From Sedimentisphaerales bacterium (GTDB lineage: Bacteria > Planctomycetota > Phycisphaerae > Sedimentisphaerales > SM23-30): a stretch of DNA of 64,000 bases. A program made the translations under genes and the position numbers. Where the stretch lies: the NCBI GenBank assembly GCA_963666285.1, contig OY762711.1. One strand, given 5' to 3'. Shown piece by piece: positions 30,711 to 42,304 of this stretch. The notes under the pieces are model-generated. The model did no database searches and was not told the DNA's origin. It worked only from the letters and a program-made list of their open reading frames with translations. Position 1 is the first letter of the stretch. Every line of letters begins with the position of its first letter.

Positions 30711-31997
30711 TTACCTGTTTTCCAGTGGTGTGTAAGGCCGCTGGTTTTCGCCGGTATATATCTGGCGAGGACGAGATATTCTACCGCCCGGAGTGTCGTT
30801 GATTTCTTTCCAGTGGGCGATCCAGCCAGGCAGACGGCCAATTGCAAAGAATACCGTAAACATATTTGTTGGGATACCAATTGCACGCATAATCAGGCCG
30901 CTGTAGAAGTCGACGTTGGGATAGAGATTACGCTCGACGAAGTATTCATCTTCGAGAGCATATTCTTCCAGTTTGCGAGCGATATCAAGCAGCGGATCAT
31001 GGTGGTTAATTTTGGAAAAGAGATCGTGGCAAAGTTTCTTGAGTACTTTGGCACGCGGATCGTAGTTTTTGTAAACACGATGTCCAAAGCCCATAAGTTT
31101 GAATGGGCTTTCCTTGTCTTTTGCCATTTCAACACATTTCTGAACGTCCATACCACCTTTGTGGATAGCTTCAAGCATCTCGAGAACACCCATATTGGCT
31201 CCACCGTGAAGAGGACCCCAAAGAGCACATACTCCGGCAGAGATTGAGCTGAACAGGTTAGCTTTTGCAGATGCTACCATACGTACAGTTGAAGTTGAAC
31301 AATTCTGTTCGTGATCGGCATGAAGCATGAGCATTGCGTCGATAGCTTTAGCTACCACAGGCTCAACTTCATAGTCACCATGAGGGACAGAGAACATCAT
31401 ATGCAGCAGGTTAGACACATAACGTCTATGCGGATCAGGGTAAACAAAAGGCTGGCCCAGCATCATTTTGTAAGAGAATGCAGCAATAGTACGAACTTTA
31501 CTTATCAGTCGGGCAGATGCAGACATGAGACCTTCATCGCAGGCAGGGTCAGTAAGCTGTGGGTGATAACAGCTAAGAGCATTAATCATCGCTGATAGCA
31601 TTGCCATTGGCGGAGCATTCCAGGGGAAACCTTCAAAATGACTTTTCAGGTTTTCATGGAGCAGGGCATTATCTGTCAATTCGCTGGAGAACCTGTCGAA
31701 TTCTTCCCTATTTGGTAGTTCACCCCAGATTAGCAGGTAAGCCACTTCGACAAATCTGCTGTTTGCAGCAAGGTCTTCAATATCGTATCCGCGATAACGA
31801 AGGATACCTTTTTCGCCGTCTATGTATGTAATACTGCTGGTGCAGGAACCGGTATTGCCATAGCCCGGATCAAGTGTTATGCAGTTGCTCTGAGTACGCA
31901 GTTTAGTAATGTCAAAGCCGGTCTCGTTTTCTGTTCCTGTGAATGCAGGCAACTCGTATTTCTTTCCACGAAATTCTAAGATAGCTTTTTCTGTCAT
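30711..31997 (-). CDS. gltA: Citrate synthase (type II)
   Basis: LHADHEQNCST, GPLHGGAN, GFGHRVYK and YPNVDFYSG; start ATG 31997 after AAGGAG. Confidence 0.96.
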   Translation of the reverse strand: MTEKAILEFRGKKYELPAFTGTENETGFDITKLRTQSNCITLDPGYGNTGSCTSSITYIDGEKGILRYRGYDIEDLAANSRFVEVAYLLIWGELPNREEFDRFSSELTDNALLHENLKSHFEGFPWNAPPMAMLSAMINALSCYHPQLTDPACDEGLMSASARLISKVRTIAAFSYKMMLGQPFVYPDPHRRYVSNLLHMMFSVPHGDYEVEPVVAKAIDAMLMLHADHEQNCSTSTVRMVASAKANLFSSISAGVCALWGPLHGGANMGVLEMLEAIHKGGMDVQKCVEMAKDKESPFKLMGFGHRVYKNYDPRAKVLKKLCHDLFSKINHHDPLLDIARKLEEYALEDEYFVERNLYPNVDFYSGLIMRAIGIPTNMFTVFFAIGRLPGWIAHWKEINDTPGGRISRPRQIYTGENQRPYTPLENR

Positions 31998-32349
31998 ATA
32001 GCTCTCCTTAATGAATGCTGGATATTGCGCATAGCATGGGTTTTCACTTAACAAACTTATCTGATAATAGCCAAAATATACCGATTTTGTCAGGTATTAG
32101 CTTGTAAGTATATATTCTATAGTACTTTGTGATAAATAAAAAATAAGAGTATGATTGATAAATCATCTCAAGGCAACATCCATAGTACCCATTTATCATG
32201 TATATTATATGGAAAGCCAATAAAATAGCAATATATAAATATTTACCTATCTTAACGCTTGAGGTCAGGAAATGAGAGTTTTTGTCTTTTTAGAAAGTAA
32301 TAACTTTAATAAGGGTAAAAGATTTGTCTGGTGGCATGGTTAGAAATGA

Positions 32350-32378
32350 AAAGGGCGGTTCATGTAAAACCGCCCTTT
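32350..32378 (-). terminator. Terminator after the MCP pair
   Basis: Perfect stem aaagggcggtt/aaccgcccttt. Confidence 0.75.
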
Positions 32379-32409
32379 GGTTGTTGGCATAAAATATCTT
32401 GCAATGATA

Positions 32410-33891
32410 TCAAATCATTGTTTTAAGTTCTTCTGTGACGTCATATACATATTTAACTTGATCTTTCAATTCCTGGGCAGCGGCAGCATCTTCTTCGGCA
32501 TTTGCTGCAATAGATTGTGTAGCACTGTCGACCTGTCCCATTGCCAGATTGATCTGTTCTATGCCGGTTGCCTGTTCGCTTGAAGCTGTATATATTTCGG
32601 AGATCAGATCGTTAACTTTTAGTGATGCGTCAGACATTTCACTAAATGCGTCAGATACTTCATTAACACTTTTAACCCCGTTTTGTGAACTTCTGACAGA
32701 TTCTTCGATCATTTGCGCGGTGCCTTTAGCTGCTTCAGCTGATCTCATTGCCAGGTTTCTAACCTCTTCGGCTACTACGGCAAAACCTTTACCGGCTTCA
32801 CCGGCACGTGCCGCTTCAACAGCTGCGTTAAGAGCCAGCAGGTTTGTCTGAAAAGCAATTTCATCAATAATTTTAATAACATTACTGATTTCCTGGGAAG
32901 ATTTCTGGATGCCTTCCATTGCGGCTGTCATTTGTTGTATAGAAAGAGAACCGGTGTCAGCTATTTTACTGGAATTTGATGCCAGGCTGTTAGCCTTGCC
33001 GGCATTGTCGGTAGTCATTTTTGCCATCGAACTAATTTCTTCCAGAGAGCTGCTTGTTTCTTCAACAGCTGCTGCCTGGCTGTTGGCATTATTCGCAAGT
33101 GAGTTCGCCCCTTCCGAAATATTGTCAGATGCATGAGTTATCTGCGATACAACCTGAATGAGTACATTAACAGCTTTCTTTAAAGGAGTAATAATACTTT
33201 TGGCAACCATAGCACAGATAACAATTAATAGTGTAATACATACAGCAAGTCCGATCATATTATATAATGCAAACTGCTTTTTTTCAGATGATACTGTTGC
33301 AACAAGTTCTTCTTTGGCTTTTTGCACATTATCGGCATAAATACCAGCACCCAAGTAAAGCTTTGTGCCGGGAATTGCTTTTATATAGCTGATTTTTGGC
33401 AGTATTGTACCGTTTTTATCCCAGTTATATTCTACAAATCCTGATCCCTGCTCTTTTGCAACTTTATTGAATTCCTGGACAAAGAATTTGCCATTGGCAT
33501 CTTTTGACTGGGACATGTCAGTTCCAATGAGTGAATTTTTTTCTGGATGATAAATACATAATCCATCAAAAGTAAAGGTAAAGACATAACCACTCTTGTC
33601 TTCCATGAATGTTGCATTCTGGGTGAGTTTCCCAATTATCTCTCGCTGTTTTTCAATATCAGTTATGCCCTTAATGCCTTCAGATATTAAAGCTGTTTCA
33701 ATATCAATTGCTGACATTAGGGCTTGTTTTCGACCTTCAAGAACAGCATTTTCAAATTCCGGCATAATGACATCATTCGAAACTCTACTATCGAAGTAGG
33801 CCTGAAGTATATACTGGCCAATCAGACATGCTAGTGCTATTGCTGGCAGTGTAAGAACTTTAATTGTGATTTTCTGGTTTTTTCTTGACAT
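32410..33891 (-). CDS. Methyl-accepting chemotaxis protein with Cache sensor domain
   Basis: Two TMs flanking a Cache domain ([17 protein letters not shown]); signalling hairpin [34 protein letters not shown]. Confidence 0.93.
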   Translation of the reverse strand: MSRKNQKITIKVLTLPAIALACLIGQYILQAYFDSRVSNDVIMPEFENAVLEGRKQALMSAIDIETALISEGIKGITDIEKQREIIGKLTQNATFMEDKSGYVFTFTFDGLCIYHPEKNSLIGTDMSQSKDANGKFFVQEFNKVAKEQGSGFVEYNWDKNGTILPKISYIKAIPGTKLYLGAGIYADNVQKAKEELVATVSSEKKQFALYNMIGLAVCITLLIVICAMVAKSIITPLKKAVNVLIQVVSQITHASDNISEGANSLANNANSQAAAVEETSSSLEEISSMAKMTTDNAGKANSLASNSSKIADTGSLSIQQMTAAMEGIQKSSQEISNVIKIIDEIAFQTNLLALNAAVEAARAGEAGKGFAVVAEEVRNLAMRSAEAAKGTAQMIEESVRSSQNGVKSVNEVSDAFSEMSDASLKVNDLISEIYTASSEQATGIEQINLAMGQVDSATQSIAANAEEDAAAAQELKDQVKYVYDVTEELKTMI

Positions 33892-34089
33892 TTTGCACCT
33901 TAGAAAAAAAGTAATTAACAATAATCAGGTATATGTGAATACGGTTCACAAAACCGTACTCATTTTTATAAACAATTTTAAGAGCTCTTTTATTTTTCTA
34001 TTTTATTGTATATTCGGGGCCGCTAATAATAATATAATTGCACCAGATATAGCTTAGTTATAGAGCGTAGAAAGGCTCTTGTTGAATAA

Positions 34090-35574
34090 TTATATCATAG
34101 CTTTAAGATCGTCAGCAACGTTATGAACATAATTGATCTGCTCTTTTAGTTGTTCCGCAGAAGCGGCATCCTGTTCGGCGTTAGCCGCGATTGATTGAGT
34201 AGAATTATCTATCTGACTCATCGCAATATTTATTTGCTCTATACCACCGGTCTGTTCATTTGATGCGGTATATATTTCAGCTATTAGATCGTTTACCTGG
34301 ACGGTAGCGTCAGTAACATTGCCAAAAGCTTCCGATACTTCAGAAACGCTTTTGACACCATTTTGGGCGCTTCTTACAGACTCTTCTATCATTTGCGCAG
34401 TGCCTTTAGCTGCTTCAGCTGATCTCATTGCCAGGTTTCTAACCTCTTCGGCTACTACGGCAAAACCTTTACCGGCTTCGCCTGCGCGGGCAGCTTCCAC
34501 AGCTGCGTTAAGTGCCAGCAGGTTAGTCTGGAAAGCGATTTCATCAATAATTTTTATAACGTTACTGATTTCCTGGGAAGATTTCTGTATGCCTTCCATT
34601 GCAGCAGTCATTTGTTGGATAGATTCTGAGCCTGTTTCGGCAGCTTTACTGGAACTGGCAGCCAGCCCGTTGGCTTTTCCGGCATTATCCGTTGTCATAT
34701 GAGCCATTGAGCTTATTTCTTCTAACGAACTGCTTGTTTGTTCGATTGCTGCTGCCTGGCTGATAGAATTTTCAGATAACGAGTTTGCTCCCTGGGAGAT
34801 ACTGTGAGAAGCCTGTGTAATCTGATCTACTACTTTTAACAATATATCAATTGATTTTTTTAGAGGACCGATTATGCTTTTAGCAACAAACAGTGAAATA
34901 ATTACCAGTACTAACATCGACCCTATAGTTCCGCAAATATTATATAAGGCATATTGTTTTTTCTGATTTTGGATATTTGCAGTTAGTGCCGCTTTGGAAT
35001 GTTCCACGTTATCAATATAAACACCGGCACCAAGGTATATATCTGTTCCGTTGATTTTTTTCACATAACTTATCTTAGGCTGTATGCCCTGACTTTCTTT
35101 TTCCCAGTAGTATTCAACAAAACCTGAACCATTTTCTTTTACTGTCTGGCTGAAGTTCCTGAACAGGTAATTTCCGGCTTTATCCTGGAAGTCATAAGCG
35201 TCATTACCATTTTTACTGTTATCTGAAGGGTTGTTTATACAGATTCCATCCAGATTATAAGCAAAAATATACCCGCTTTTATCGTCGAAGAACCTGATAG
35301 TATTTGTTTCGTTTTGTATAATTTCAGTAATTTTGTCTTGATCTTTTAACCCTTTGAGTTTGCCTTCCATATTCATGACGTAGGAATCGACAACCGTCTG
35401 GAGTGAAAGTTTGTTTCCTTCCAGAACAGCATTTCCGAATTCCGGCATTATTACTTTTTCAGAGACTTTATTATTAAAGTAGGTTTGGATACTGTATTGG
35501 AATATCAGGCATAATAGTGCAATTACAGGCAGTGACAACACTTTGTAGCTGATTTTATTTTTTTTCGATTGCAT
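34090..35574 (-). CDS. Methyl-accepting chemotaxis protein, tandem paralog
   Basis: Same architecture as its neighbour; start ATG 35574 after AAGGAG. Confidence 0.93.
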   Translation of the reverse strand: MQSKKNKISYKVLSLPVIALLCLIFQYSIQTYFNNKVSEKVIMPEFGNAVLEGNKLSLQTVVDSYVMNMEGKLKGLKDQDKITEIIQNETNTIRFFDDKSGYIFAYNLDGICINNPSDNSKNGNDAYDFQDKAGNYLFRNFSQTVKENGSGFVEYYWEKESQGIQPKISYVKKINGTDIYLGAGVYIDNVEHSKAALTANIQNQKKQYALYNICGTIGSMLVLVIISLFVAKSIIGPLKKSIDILLKVVDQITQASHSISQGANSLSENSISQAAAIEQTSSSLEEISSMAHMTTDNAGKANGLAASSSKAAETGSESIQQMTAAMEGIQKSSQEISNVIKIIDEIAFQTNLLALNAAVEAARAGEAGKGFAVVAEEVRNLAMRSAEAAKGTAQMIEESVRSAQNGVKSVSEVSEAFGNVTDATVQVNDLIAEIYTASNEQTGGIEQINIAMSQIDNSTQSIAANAEQDAASAEQLKEQINYVHNVADDLKAMI

Positions 35575-36234
35575 TATGCTCTCCTTATTAATTGTCATAT
35601 GAAACATACCAAATGCATTACTTGCGTCACTTTTATCGTATTTAACTTTTACATGATTAACTAAAATGTAAAAAAATATAGTTTCATAATTGAAATCATT
35701 ATGTCTCACTGGTTTCTTTAGCTCATTTTTTTGTTTCTGAATTTCTTGCTAGTAACGCATAATAAAGACTGAAGTTTTGTAAGTTTGTTTTTGGTAAGTA
35801 CTTACATTGAAGATGTGGTTTGTGACGTTGTTTTTCGTTTGCGTTTTTTTTTAATATTATTGCGTACCGGAGGTAGGCCCAGAGGTGGAATGGTTAAGAC
35901 CTATAAAACTTTGGTCTATTTTTTATAGGACTTATATTTATACAAAAATGTAAATTCATTTAATGTTTTAATGCCGGTATACTCTATTTCTGGAGGGGGC
36001 TTGAATAGATAATATGTCTGGTTTCTAAATGAAAAAAAAGTATATTTCCAGTATTTATTTATTGGAAAATAGAATATAATATGAATAATTAATGTTTTGG
36101 ATTTGGTTGTGCCAGTAATTGTTTAAGTTGCTTTGGCCAAAGAGTTTGGTATTTTTTTTCGCAGAACAGGGAACTTGCGGTAAGAGATATTTTTGTATGA
36201 TTAATATTTGTTTATATGGATATTGGTTTAGGTA

Positions 36235-37734
36235 ATGGATTTTCCAACGAGTAATTTAATATTTCATCCTTTGAGGCTGTTGATAATCATTGGGTGGTTC
36301 TATTGGTGTGTCTATTTGTTAAATGGTTATTACAAGAGTCCATTGATTCCAAATAAGCACAGGGCGTTATGTAATGTAATAATTCTTTTTACCGGGCCTA
36401 TGTTCATATTTGCCATGAATGTAATAGCCGCAGTAAAGGCTACCGAGGAGCATAACGGCACTATACATGATTTCTTTGCTATCTTATTTGGTAAGGGAAA
36501 ATTCACTAAAAGCAGCTCCAAGCTTAGTGGTTCTTCCAGGATATCGGTCTTTATAGATACGGACAAATTTAATGACAGCGAGACTCTGGCTAAGGTAGAA
36601 AAGATACTTGGTGATGCCTTGGAGATGCGTGCCAGTGATATCCTTATCAACCCGACAGGCGAATCTACCCAGTTGCGATTTAGAGTAGATGGCATTCTCC
36701 GGACAGTTGATAATATTCAAACAGAAGAATCTGTTAAGATTGTAAATAGTATCAAGGCGATATCATCTTTGGATGTTGCGGAAAAACGTAGAACGCAGGA
36801 TGGAGCCTTTACTGTAAAGACAGATGCAGGGCCTGTTTCGCTTCGAACAGCATCAGCCGGCGTATTACACGGAGAGAAACTTTCTATACGAATATTAAAC
36901 CAGGCTTCAAAACCTTTATCTATCAGGGAGCTTGGTTTCCGGTCAAAGCAGATCGAGATCATTTTGCCAAGGATAAGTCGCAGTGGTGGGATGATATTAG
37001 TGTGCGGCCCTACAGGCAGCGGCAAAAGCACTACAATCTACTCTATGTTGAGAATGTTAGATTTCGACCAGAAAAACGTTATTACCATCGAAGATCCGGT
37101 CGAATATGTTCTGCCAAATGCCAGCCAGATCGAGATTAATGAGAAGGCCGGCATTACCTTTGTTTCGACTCTTCGAAGTGTATTGCGGCAGGACCCGGAT
37201 GTGATTTCAATTGGTGAAATTCGAGATGAAGAGACTGCCGAAATTGCATTGCAGGCAGCCCAAACAGGTCATCAGGTCTTTGCGACTTTACATAGCAGCA
37301 GCAATGCCGCAGCTCTGGTAAGGTTGATAGATTTAGGCACCAAGCCGTTATTATTGGTGTCTGCATTAGATATGGTGATTTCTCAAAGACTTATTAAGAG
37401 GCTCTGTCCAAAGTGCAAAACAGCCGCGTCTTTAACTGACAGTCAGATGAAGAGCCTTGAAGGCAAGAATATTTCACCGGGTAAATTAAGGGCACCGGCG
37501 GGTTGTGTTGAATGCGGCTATACCGGTTATTACGGACGTACCGGTGTTTTTGATATTATGCTGTTGGATGATGAAATTCGTGACCAGCTACTCGAAGGTA
37601 AAATTTCTGTCAGCAAATTCAAGCAGTTTGGCGATGATAGCTGTCGAAATAATATGCAGAAAAATGCGATGGCACTTGCTTTTACCGGCGGTACTGATTT
37701 ACGTGAAGTTAAAAGACTTGTATCAAGTTTTTAA
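36235..37734 (+). CDS. GspE/PilB family secretion ATPase with N-terminal transmembrane helices
   Basis: ASDILI, RFRVDG, Walker A GPTGSGKST, TIEDPVEY, LRQDPD, TGH..TLH and CxxC pairs; two hydrophobic N-terminal segments. Confidence 0.88.
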   Translation: MDFPTSNLIFHPLRLLIIIGWFYWCVYLLNGYYKSPLIPNKHRALCNVIILFTGPMFIFAMNVIAAVKATEEHNGTIHDFFAILFGKGKFTKSSSKLSGSSRISVFIDTDKFNDSETLAKVEKILGDALEMRASDILINPTGESTQLRFRVDGILRTVDNIQTEESVKIVNSIKAISSLDVAEKRRTQDGAFTVKTDAGPVSLRTASAGVLHGEKLSIRILNQASKPLSIRELGFRSKQIEIILPRISRSGGMILVCGPTGSGKSTTIYSMLRMLDFDQKNVITIEDPVEYVLPNASQIEINEKAGITFVSTLRSVLRQDPDVISIGEIRDEETAEIALQAAQTGHQVFATLHSSSNAAALVRLIDLGTKPLLLVSALDMVISQRLIKRLCPKCKTAASLTDSQMKSLEGKNISPGKLRAPAGCVECGYTGYYGRTGVFDIMLLDDEIRDQLLEGKISVSKFKQFGDDSCRNNMQKNAMALAFTGGTDLREVKRLVSSF

Positions 37735-37756
37735 TATATTTAGAAGGTCTCAAAGA

Positions 37757-38353
37757 ATGTTTTTATTGATATTATTATTAAGTATAGCTTTCGGTTGGTA
37801 TGCCAAAAAATTTGGTTTCACTACTATGTGGATAGCTTTATTTAATGCTGTTATTAGTATTTATCTTGGGGTAATGCTGATACCTACTATCGTCGCTTAC
37901 ATTCCTGCATTTTCCAGTGTATATGCAAAAGTAATGTGCGGCTTTGGGATATCACTGTTTTTGTTTGTTATCGCTCAATATGCGGTAATAATTTCTTTTG
38001 AAAATGCTTTAGATGTCACTATGCCGGAGATGTTTTCTAAAATTGGGGCAATAGTGTCAGGTGTATTGTTATCGCTGATAGTAATGAATTTCTTTATGTT
38101 TAACGTGGTTTCAATGCTTTCAGTTTCAAATCCTGATTCCGGCTGGGTAAAATCAGTTTCTGCCCAAAAAGCATATTCTATTACCCACTCTGTCTGTAAC
38201 TTTGTTCACAGGCTTGGAGCTCAGCCAGAGGTTGATATGCCCGCGGAAGCGATGAAATGGTATGCGGCAAAACCGAAAAAGGAAAAAGAAAATAAAAACG
38301 AGAACGAAGATCAGCCCCCAAAAGACGATGATGGTTTAGTTGAGTTGTTATGA
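37757..38353 (+). CDS. CvpA-like multi-pass membrane protein
   Basis: Four hydrophobic helices with a KFGF motif after TM1; start reassigned to ATG 37757, just after the gspE stop. Confidence 0.65.
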   Translation: MFLLILLLSIAFGWYAKKFGFTTMWIALFNAVISIYLGVMLIPTIVAYIPAFSSVYAKVMCGFGISLFLFVIAQYAVIISFENALDVTMPEMFSKIGAIVSGVLLSLIVMNFFMFNVVSMLSVSNPDSGWVKSVSAQKAYSITHSVCNFVHRLGAQPEVDMPAEAMKWYAAKPKKEKENKNENEDQPPKDDDGLVELL

Positions 38354-38420
38354 TGGTATACAGTGCCTTAATGCTTATTGGGTGTCTGTGTTTTCAATAT
38401 TGGCGAAGGCCACTGATACT

Positions 38421-38451
38421 AAAAAAAAGACCGACGATTATTCGCCGGTCT
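38421..38451 (-). terminator. Terminator after the DegP-like gene
   Basis: agaccgacga/tcgccggtct stem with an A8 run. Confidence 0.65.
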
Positions 38452-38489
38452 CGTTATATAGGTGTTGGGAAAATGAGTTTCTGGTTGTT

Positions 38490-40073
38490 CTATAATGTGT
38501 CTTTCTTTATTATATTGATTTCTTTTTCGCCGTTTTTATTTCTAATCTTGATATTTACTCCTTTAGAAAAGTCAACAGAAGAAATTATATCCTTTAGTTC
38601 GTAAAATGAAGTTATTGATTTGCCATTAACGCTAAGGATCATATCGCCTTCTCTTATTCCTGATTCTTCTGCGAGAGAGCCAATATTAACACTGGTAACA
38701 ATAACTGCTTTTAACTTGCCATTTGTTTCTGCTAAACCATATTGTTTGGCCAGGGCAGGGCTTATCTGTTCCACGGAAATACCTAGTTTGGGTTTGTCTC
38801 TATTGGTTAGATCCGGGGTAGGAAACATGTTGTCCTGATCTTGTCCAAATTGGTCAGGGAAACCCGGCAGGTCAGGAAATCCAGGTATAACTCTATTATT
38901 GTTGTTAGCATATTGTTCCTGCATTTCAGCAGTCTTCCTAACTTCTTCGCGATTGCCGAGTATTACTTTAAGAGTAACTTCTTTTCCGTCACGCCATACT
39001 TTAAATTCGGTTTCTTTGTCTGGCGGCGTCTGGGCAATATTCTGTCGAAGGTCAGGAGAGTTTTCAGCTTTCTTGCCGTTATATTCGATGATGATATCGA
39101 AGTCTTTCATTTTACCTTTTGCAGCAGGAGTATTATCTTCAACTCTCGCTACAAACACACCTTCAAGATCATCAGGAATTTTATTCAGCAATTTTTTCAA
39201 ATAACCGGCATTATCCAAATCTCCATTTGTAAGATCTATTAGTTCCCGGTCTGTGTATTTTTTAAGATCACGTAAAGGCGTACCGAGAAGTTTTACTCCC
39301 AGGTAACCACGCTGCACTCGCTTATTATTGATTAGCTGCTCAGTTACATATTTGGCAAGGTTGCTTGGCACGGCAAAACCATATCCGGTTGACACTCCCG
39401 TTGGGCTGAAGATATTGGAATTTATACCGATTACTTCACCGTATAAGTTAACCAGGGGGCCGCCACTGTTTCCCTTATTGATATCAGCATCTGTTTGAAT
39501 AAAATCCTCTAAACCCCATTGGCCCAGTATTTGTGTCTGGCGGCCTTTGTAGCTGATTATACCCATTGTGACGGTTTGGCTGAGACCGAATGGACTTCCT
39601 ATTGCTAGAACCGGGTCTCCAACGGATGTGATATCTGAATCACCGAACTTGGCAGCAGGTAGTTTTTCGCCCTGTGGATCTATTTTTACTATTGCCAGGT
39701 CGGTATCAGGGTCAAGGTATTTTTCCACCCCGATGAATTCCCTGCCGTCAGCTAAAATTACTTCTACTTCATCTGTATCCTCAACGACATGATTGTTTGT
39801 AATGATATATCCGTCTTCGTTGATTATACAACCGCTTCCTAAACCTTCTACTGATTCATGGAAATAACTGTTGCCGCCTACATTTTTCTTCATTCTTATC
39901 ATTACGACAGAAGGACTGATAATGTCAACAGCTCTTCGGAAAACGTTATGTATGTCAGCAACAGATTGACGTTCTTCTGTAGACAATGCTGCCGGTTGAC
40001 TTGCATAGAGGTTACAGAAGCTACAGGCAAGGATTGTAAATGATACAGTAATAACAATAACTTTTCTAACCAT
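38490..40073 (-). CDS. degP: HtrA/DegP family periplasmic serine protease with two PDZ domains
   Basis: Catalytic triad motifs ITNNHVV, DLAIVK and TDADINKGNSGGPL; two PDZ domains. Confidence 0.9.
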   Translation of the reverse strand: MVRKVIVITVSFTILACSFCNLYASQPAALSTEERQSVADIHNVFRRAVDIISPSVVMIRMKKNVGGNSYFHESVEGLGSGCIINEDGYIITNNHVVEDTDEVEVILADGREFIGVEKYLDPDTDLAIVKIDPQGEKLPAAKFGDSDITSVGDPVLAIGSPFGLSQTVTMGIISYKGRQTQILGQWGLEDFIQTDADINKGNSGGPLVNLYGEVIGINSNIFSPTGVSTGYGFAVPSNLAKYVTEQLINNKRVQRGYLGVKLLGTPLRDLKKYTDRELIDLTNGDLDNAGYLKKLLNKIPDDLEGVFVARVEDNTPAAKGKMKDFDIIIEYNGKKAENSPDLRQNIAQTPPDKETEFKVWRDGKEVTLKVILGNREEVRKTAEMQEQYANNNNRVIPGFPDLPGFPDQFGQDQDNMFPTPDLTNRDKPKLGISVEQISPALAKQYGLAETNGKLKAVIVTSVNIGSLAEESGIREGDMILSVNGKSITSFYELKDIISSVDFSKGVNIKIRNKNGEKEINIIKKDTL

Positions 40074-40230
40074 AGTCGTACTCCTCGAATAAACTTCAGT
40101 TAATTTATTATTTTACTCTCTGACAAGCTGTCAGTTGTTCATAAGGTGATACGTAATTTAAAATTAGAATGTTCGATTTACGAAAAAGTAATTTTTAACT
40201 TGTTATATACGCGTAAGTTAGGTAGGGGAG

Positions 40231-41085
40231 TTATGCTATCTTGGCAATTTTTATTACCTGGCCATACAGATCGTCCGGGGAGTATTCTTTTTCCAGATCA
40301 AACGGAAGAATGCAGCCGAGATTATGGTCACTGGCAAGGATAATAAGCTTTCTGAAAGGGCGGGAATGACCAAGAGGTTGCGGCTGATGGCCTATGATAA
40401 ACATTTTTGTATCGAGTATTGTTGTCAAATTATCGATCAGGTTATCGTTATGGTGCCTGTCCCATAGCAAGCCGCGAAGAGACTGGTTTGTCATAAGAAT
40501 ATCTTCGGTAATATCAATATCAAATATGCTGCAATCAAAACCGGATAAACTTTCTGCTCCGGGTAGTGAGTGACTCATAAATATATTGTTTGATGTACGG
40601 ACAGCCAGAGGCAATGATAAACCAAAATCGATTACCGACTGGTGTACTTCTTTTGAATCATCTCCAAAAGTAGCTCCTATTCCATTGGTAAGCGATTTTA
40701 CCATTGGTTTGCCTGACTTAATTACTTCTTCCTCTGTAATTTGCGCCATCATATGGTTGCCCATTAAGTAATGGACCTGACCTGGGTATTTTATTAGAAG
40801 GACGGCAGCATGATAGATGGTCGTATAAGAGTGACATTCGTAAGGATTTGATTGTGTGGGATCATGTATCAGCTCATGAATTACCAGGTGAGTATCTGGA
40901 TTATTTTCCAAGTCACAATAACGAACAATTCTATCAAGATTTTTTTCGTTTCCGTGGATGTCACCTGTCATTACCACTTTCCCAGGACCATTAAGCGATA
41001 TTAGATTGCCTGCACGATTAGGATTGGTTCTATTGACCTGGGCGGCCTGTTTAAGTGTGCTGATATAATTTTTCGAATCAAACAA
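40231..41085 (-). CDS. Calcineurin-like metallophosphoesterase
   Basis: GDIHG, GNH, SHS and GHQ motifs; TTG start after GAGG. Confidence 0.82.
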   Translation of the reverse strand: MFDSKNYISTLKQAAQVNRTNPNRAGNLISLNGPGKVVMTGDIHGNEKNLDRIVRYCDLENNPDTHLVIHELIHDPTQSNPYECHSYTTIYHAAVLLIKYPGQVHYLMGNHMMAQITEEEVIKSGKPMVKSLTNGIGATFGDDSKEVHQSVIDFGLSLPLAVRTSNNIFMSHSLPGAESLSGFDCSIFDIDITEDILMTNQSLRGLLWDRHHNDNLIDNLTTILDTKMFIIGHQPQPLGHSRPFRKLIILASDHNLGCILPFDLEKEYSPDDLYGQVIKIAKIA

Positions 41086-41202
41086 AACAAGGACCTCAAA
41101 TAATAAAATGTTTATACAGGCACAGTATAAATTATCAAATTCGAAGAATAAACAAAATTCTCGATATAAAACAGTTATGTCTGCTTATTTATATTTGAGA
41201 GC

Positions 41203-42099
41203 CTATACTTTTGAGTTTTCGTTTGAGGTTTTTCCACCGGCAATCATATGAATCAGCAAGTCGAGCCTCGAAATAAGCTCATTCATATTGCCGGGACGTT
41301 CTTTGGGATTTTTCTTTACGCATTCCATAATCAGGTTAGATACACCGACCGGAATGATTGGTTTTAGTTCGTGTGGAGCCGGAGGGGGTGTATGACGCGA
41401 TTCAGAAAGAACTTCGATTTTTTCCGCACCTCTTTTGGGAGGTATCAATGTCGGAACATGTTTTCCGGTTAGTGCCCAATATATGGTAGCACCAAGGTTG
41501 AAAACATCTGTCTGACGTGTTACTGGTTTGCGTTTGACCTGTTCCGGAGAAATATAGTCAGGTGTTCCCTGGATTCTTGGTTTAATGGTTCCGACCGGGC
41601 AGCTTTGTCCTAGATCGATTACTCGTATGCTGCCGTTTTCTGCCAGGATGATATTATTTGGCTTCATGTCACAGTGAATTTGACCCGCTTCATGCATACC
41701 GTTTATACCATCGGCCACCATGCGGAATATAAGTAGCAAGTCAAGCAGTGAATGGCTGGGGCTCTGCTCAAGCGAGACACCTGGGCAATATTCCATTAGC
41801 ATAATGATTTCACGTACTTGCAATCTGCGCTTTATCTTTTTGATTTCGAAAACCTTGCGTACATAAGGGTGGTCAACCTTTCTTGCAACTTCATACTCGT
41901 TCTCTACCTGCTCGATCATGCGTTTATCCTGCCCATCCTGGCGGATCACATGCTTCAATGCACGAAGTTCACCTGTATTCTGGTCTCTGACTGAGAATAT
42001 TGTACTTGCCGCACCTGTTCCCAGGCGACGTACTACTTCGTATCCGTCAAATACCGGTGGTTCATAATGTCCAATAGCTGGATTTGGTAATAAAGCCAT
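41203..42099 (-). CDS. Hanks-type Ser/Thr protein kinase (cytoplasmic, kinase domain only)
   Basis: LGTGAAS, ALK, HCDMKPNNI, IDLG, GTPDYISPE and DVFNLG. Confidence 0.92.
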   Translation of the reverse strand: MALLPNPAIGHYEPPVFDGYEVVRRLGTGAASTIFSVRDQNTGELRALKHVIRQDGQDKRMIEQVENEYEVARKVDHPYVRKVFEIKKIKRRLQVREIIMLMEYCPGVSLEQSPSHSLLDLLLIFRMVADGINGMHEAGQIHCDMKPNNIILAENGSIRVIDLGQSCPVGTIKPRIQGTPDYISPEQVKRKPVTRQTDVFNLGATIYWALTGKHVPTLIPPKRGAEKIEVLSESRHTPPPAPHELKPIIPVGVSNLIMECVKKNPKERPGNMNELISRLDLLIHMIAGGKTSNENSKV

Positions 42100-42242
42100 T
42101 CCTCTGTTCCCTGTTGTCTTAGCTTTTGCTAAATATTAACATTGTGTTGTTTACTATCCTACCGAAACAACAATACACTTTGACTTAATATTAGTATAAA
42201 ATACATTAATATTATTGCCAATTTTTTTGAAAATAACCATAC

Positions 42243-42264
42243 TAACACTGTTAAAACAGTGTTA
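42243..42264. promoter_or_regulatory. Perfect inverted repeat (candidate operator) upstream of the kinase
   Basis: taacactgtt-aa-aacagtgtta, 10-bp arms. Confidence 0.45.
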
Positions 42265-42304
42265 ATGTCCTATAAACTGTCAAAAATTATATAGGTCTGG
42301 CTAA

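Noticed and set aside
37505..37756. N-terminal extension of the CvpA-like ORF given in the track
   Set aside because: Overlaps gspE out of frame; ATG 37757 gives a normal protein.
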